The translations under genes and the position numbers were made by a program. From Fonticula alba ATCC 38817 (taxonomy: Eukaryota; Protista; Nucleariida), in NCBI GenBank assembly GCA_000388065.2, contig KB932204.1: 63,503 bases of DNA. The stretch is one strand, 5' to 3'. The notes beneath the pieces were generated by a model that saw only the letters and a list, made by a program, of their open reading frames with translations, searched no databases and was not told where the DNA came from. Below, piece after piece: positions 62,420 through 63,503 of this stretch (position 1 is its first letter; each line of letters opens with the position of its first letter).

Positions 62420-63503
62420 AGGCACGCCCGTCCGCGCAAGCGGTGGCCGATGGCGTTCGCGGGCCCGGGCTTTTGTTTATCGGCCGGTGGGCCGGAAGTC
62501 CTGCCGACCGGAGGGCCCCTCCTGCGCAAAGGGGCGAAGGTTCCAGCGAAATGCCTCGGAGTCGCCCGGCTGCGCGGCCCGGGGCCTCCTGGCCACAGCG
62601 CCGTGGTGCGGGCCACCACATCCACACACACACGCACACACGCACACACAAGCATGGACTCGGCCGCCCCCCCCCCCCCCCACAGGGTCCAGTCCCCTTG
62701 TCGTGTGCCCGCCCGGCGCGAAAAGGCGCCGACCGAGGGGGCCCGCCTCGCCCCGGGGGGACCCATTGAACCCGGGGGCAGGGGGGCAGTGTCTCTCTCT
62801 GTCACACTATGGCTCCCGCACTACGTGCCCCCGCGCGCCCTTGGGCCGTTGCACCGCGCCCGCCAGGGGGCGCTCCGCGACCACGGCACGCGCGCCGAGC
62901 GCCGTACGTGCTCGGGCATCACGAGAACCTCCCCCCCCCCCCCCCCCCCCCCACAGGGCGCCTGGCAGGACGCGGGCGCCTGGAAGCAGGGGCCGCGCCC
63001 CCCGCTCCCCCGCCGAGCCCGGACACAAGCGGCACATGAAACCCGGCGGCCGGCTGGCAGTGTCTCTCTCTCTCTCTCTCTCCCTCTCTCTCTGTGTGTG
63101 TGTGTGTGTCTGTGGGGCGCTACACCGGGCGCGCATATGAGAGCACCGGGTCGGCGGCACGCCCTTCAACAGCGGACACCGGTCCGGCCCGACGCGCCTT
63201 AACTGCCCATCGGAAATGCGGCCCCAGGGTGCGAAGCCGCCGCAGGGGGCGGGCGAGGGCGGCCTCCCTCGCGCGTGGGCGCGCCCGCTCGCTGCCCAGC
63301 CAGCACGGTGGGTGGTCGACCAAGCCCGGCGGGGCTGGGGTCGGCCGGCCAATGAGCCGGATCAGGCTTCCCCCCCCCCCCAGCCCGCCCCACAATCGAC
63401 CCGAGGATTGCGGGGTATCATTGCCGGCCCAGCCATCGCTCGCCCCAGCCCACAGGCACCGTCGGCCCACGTTCCCCATTCCGCCCGGCCGGCCCCTCGC
63501 CCT

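Noticed and set aside
62480-62500. GGAAGTCC / GAAAGTCC motifs (also near position 37) resembling RNase P/MRP CR-I
   Set aside because: No matching CR-V or P4 pairing partner was found.
1-63503. Transposons or viral insertions
   Set aside because: No transposase, RT or integrase motifs, terminal repeats or target-site duplications were seen. The RuvC-fold gene has an intron and host-like composition.

Overview
GC-rich, intron-rich eukaryotic nuclear DNA with 12 assembly gaps, many of them beside poly-G/C or minisatellite tracts. Gene content and style suggest a unicellular opisthokont close to the base of fungi (Fonticula/nucleariid-like); this is inference and was not checked against a database. 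I reconstructed 13 spliced protein-coding genes by hand, all with GT-AG introns and donors mostly GTGCGT/GTACGT/GTATGT. In order: an orphan two-TM protein (+), PMS2 (-), TRAP1 (+), eEF2 (-), a large EF-hand/PH/C2/RhoGAP protein (-), a Cce1/Ydc2-type RuvC-fold resolvase (-), an ABHD11-like hydrolase (-), a SNAP-25-family Qbc SNARE (+), UFC1 (+), a Sen1/senataxin-like helicase (-), DNAJC13/RME-8 (-), a coiled-coil plus LRR protein (+) and a secreted M20 hydrolase (+). I found no supportable rRNA, tRNA, CRISPR array or transposon. I did not find a clear multi-gene novel system. The best leads are: fungal-type sordarin-pocket residues in eEF2; a fungal-type mitochondrial resolvase next to genes most fungi lack (UFC1, TRAP1, RME-8); a Sen1 helicase whose N-terminus carries several SIM-like motifs; introns ending in CA repeats, one with a candidate branch point 200 nt upstream; two AT-rich intronic minisatellites; and a perfect 28-bp palindrome.
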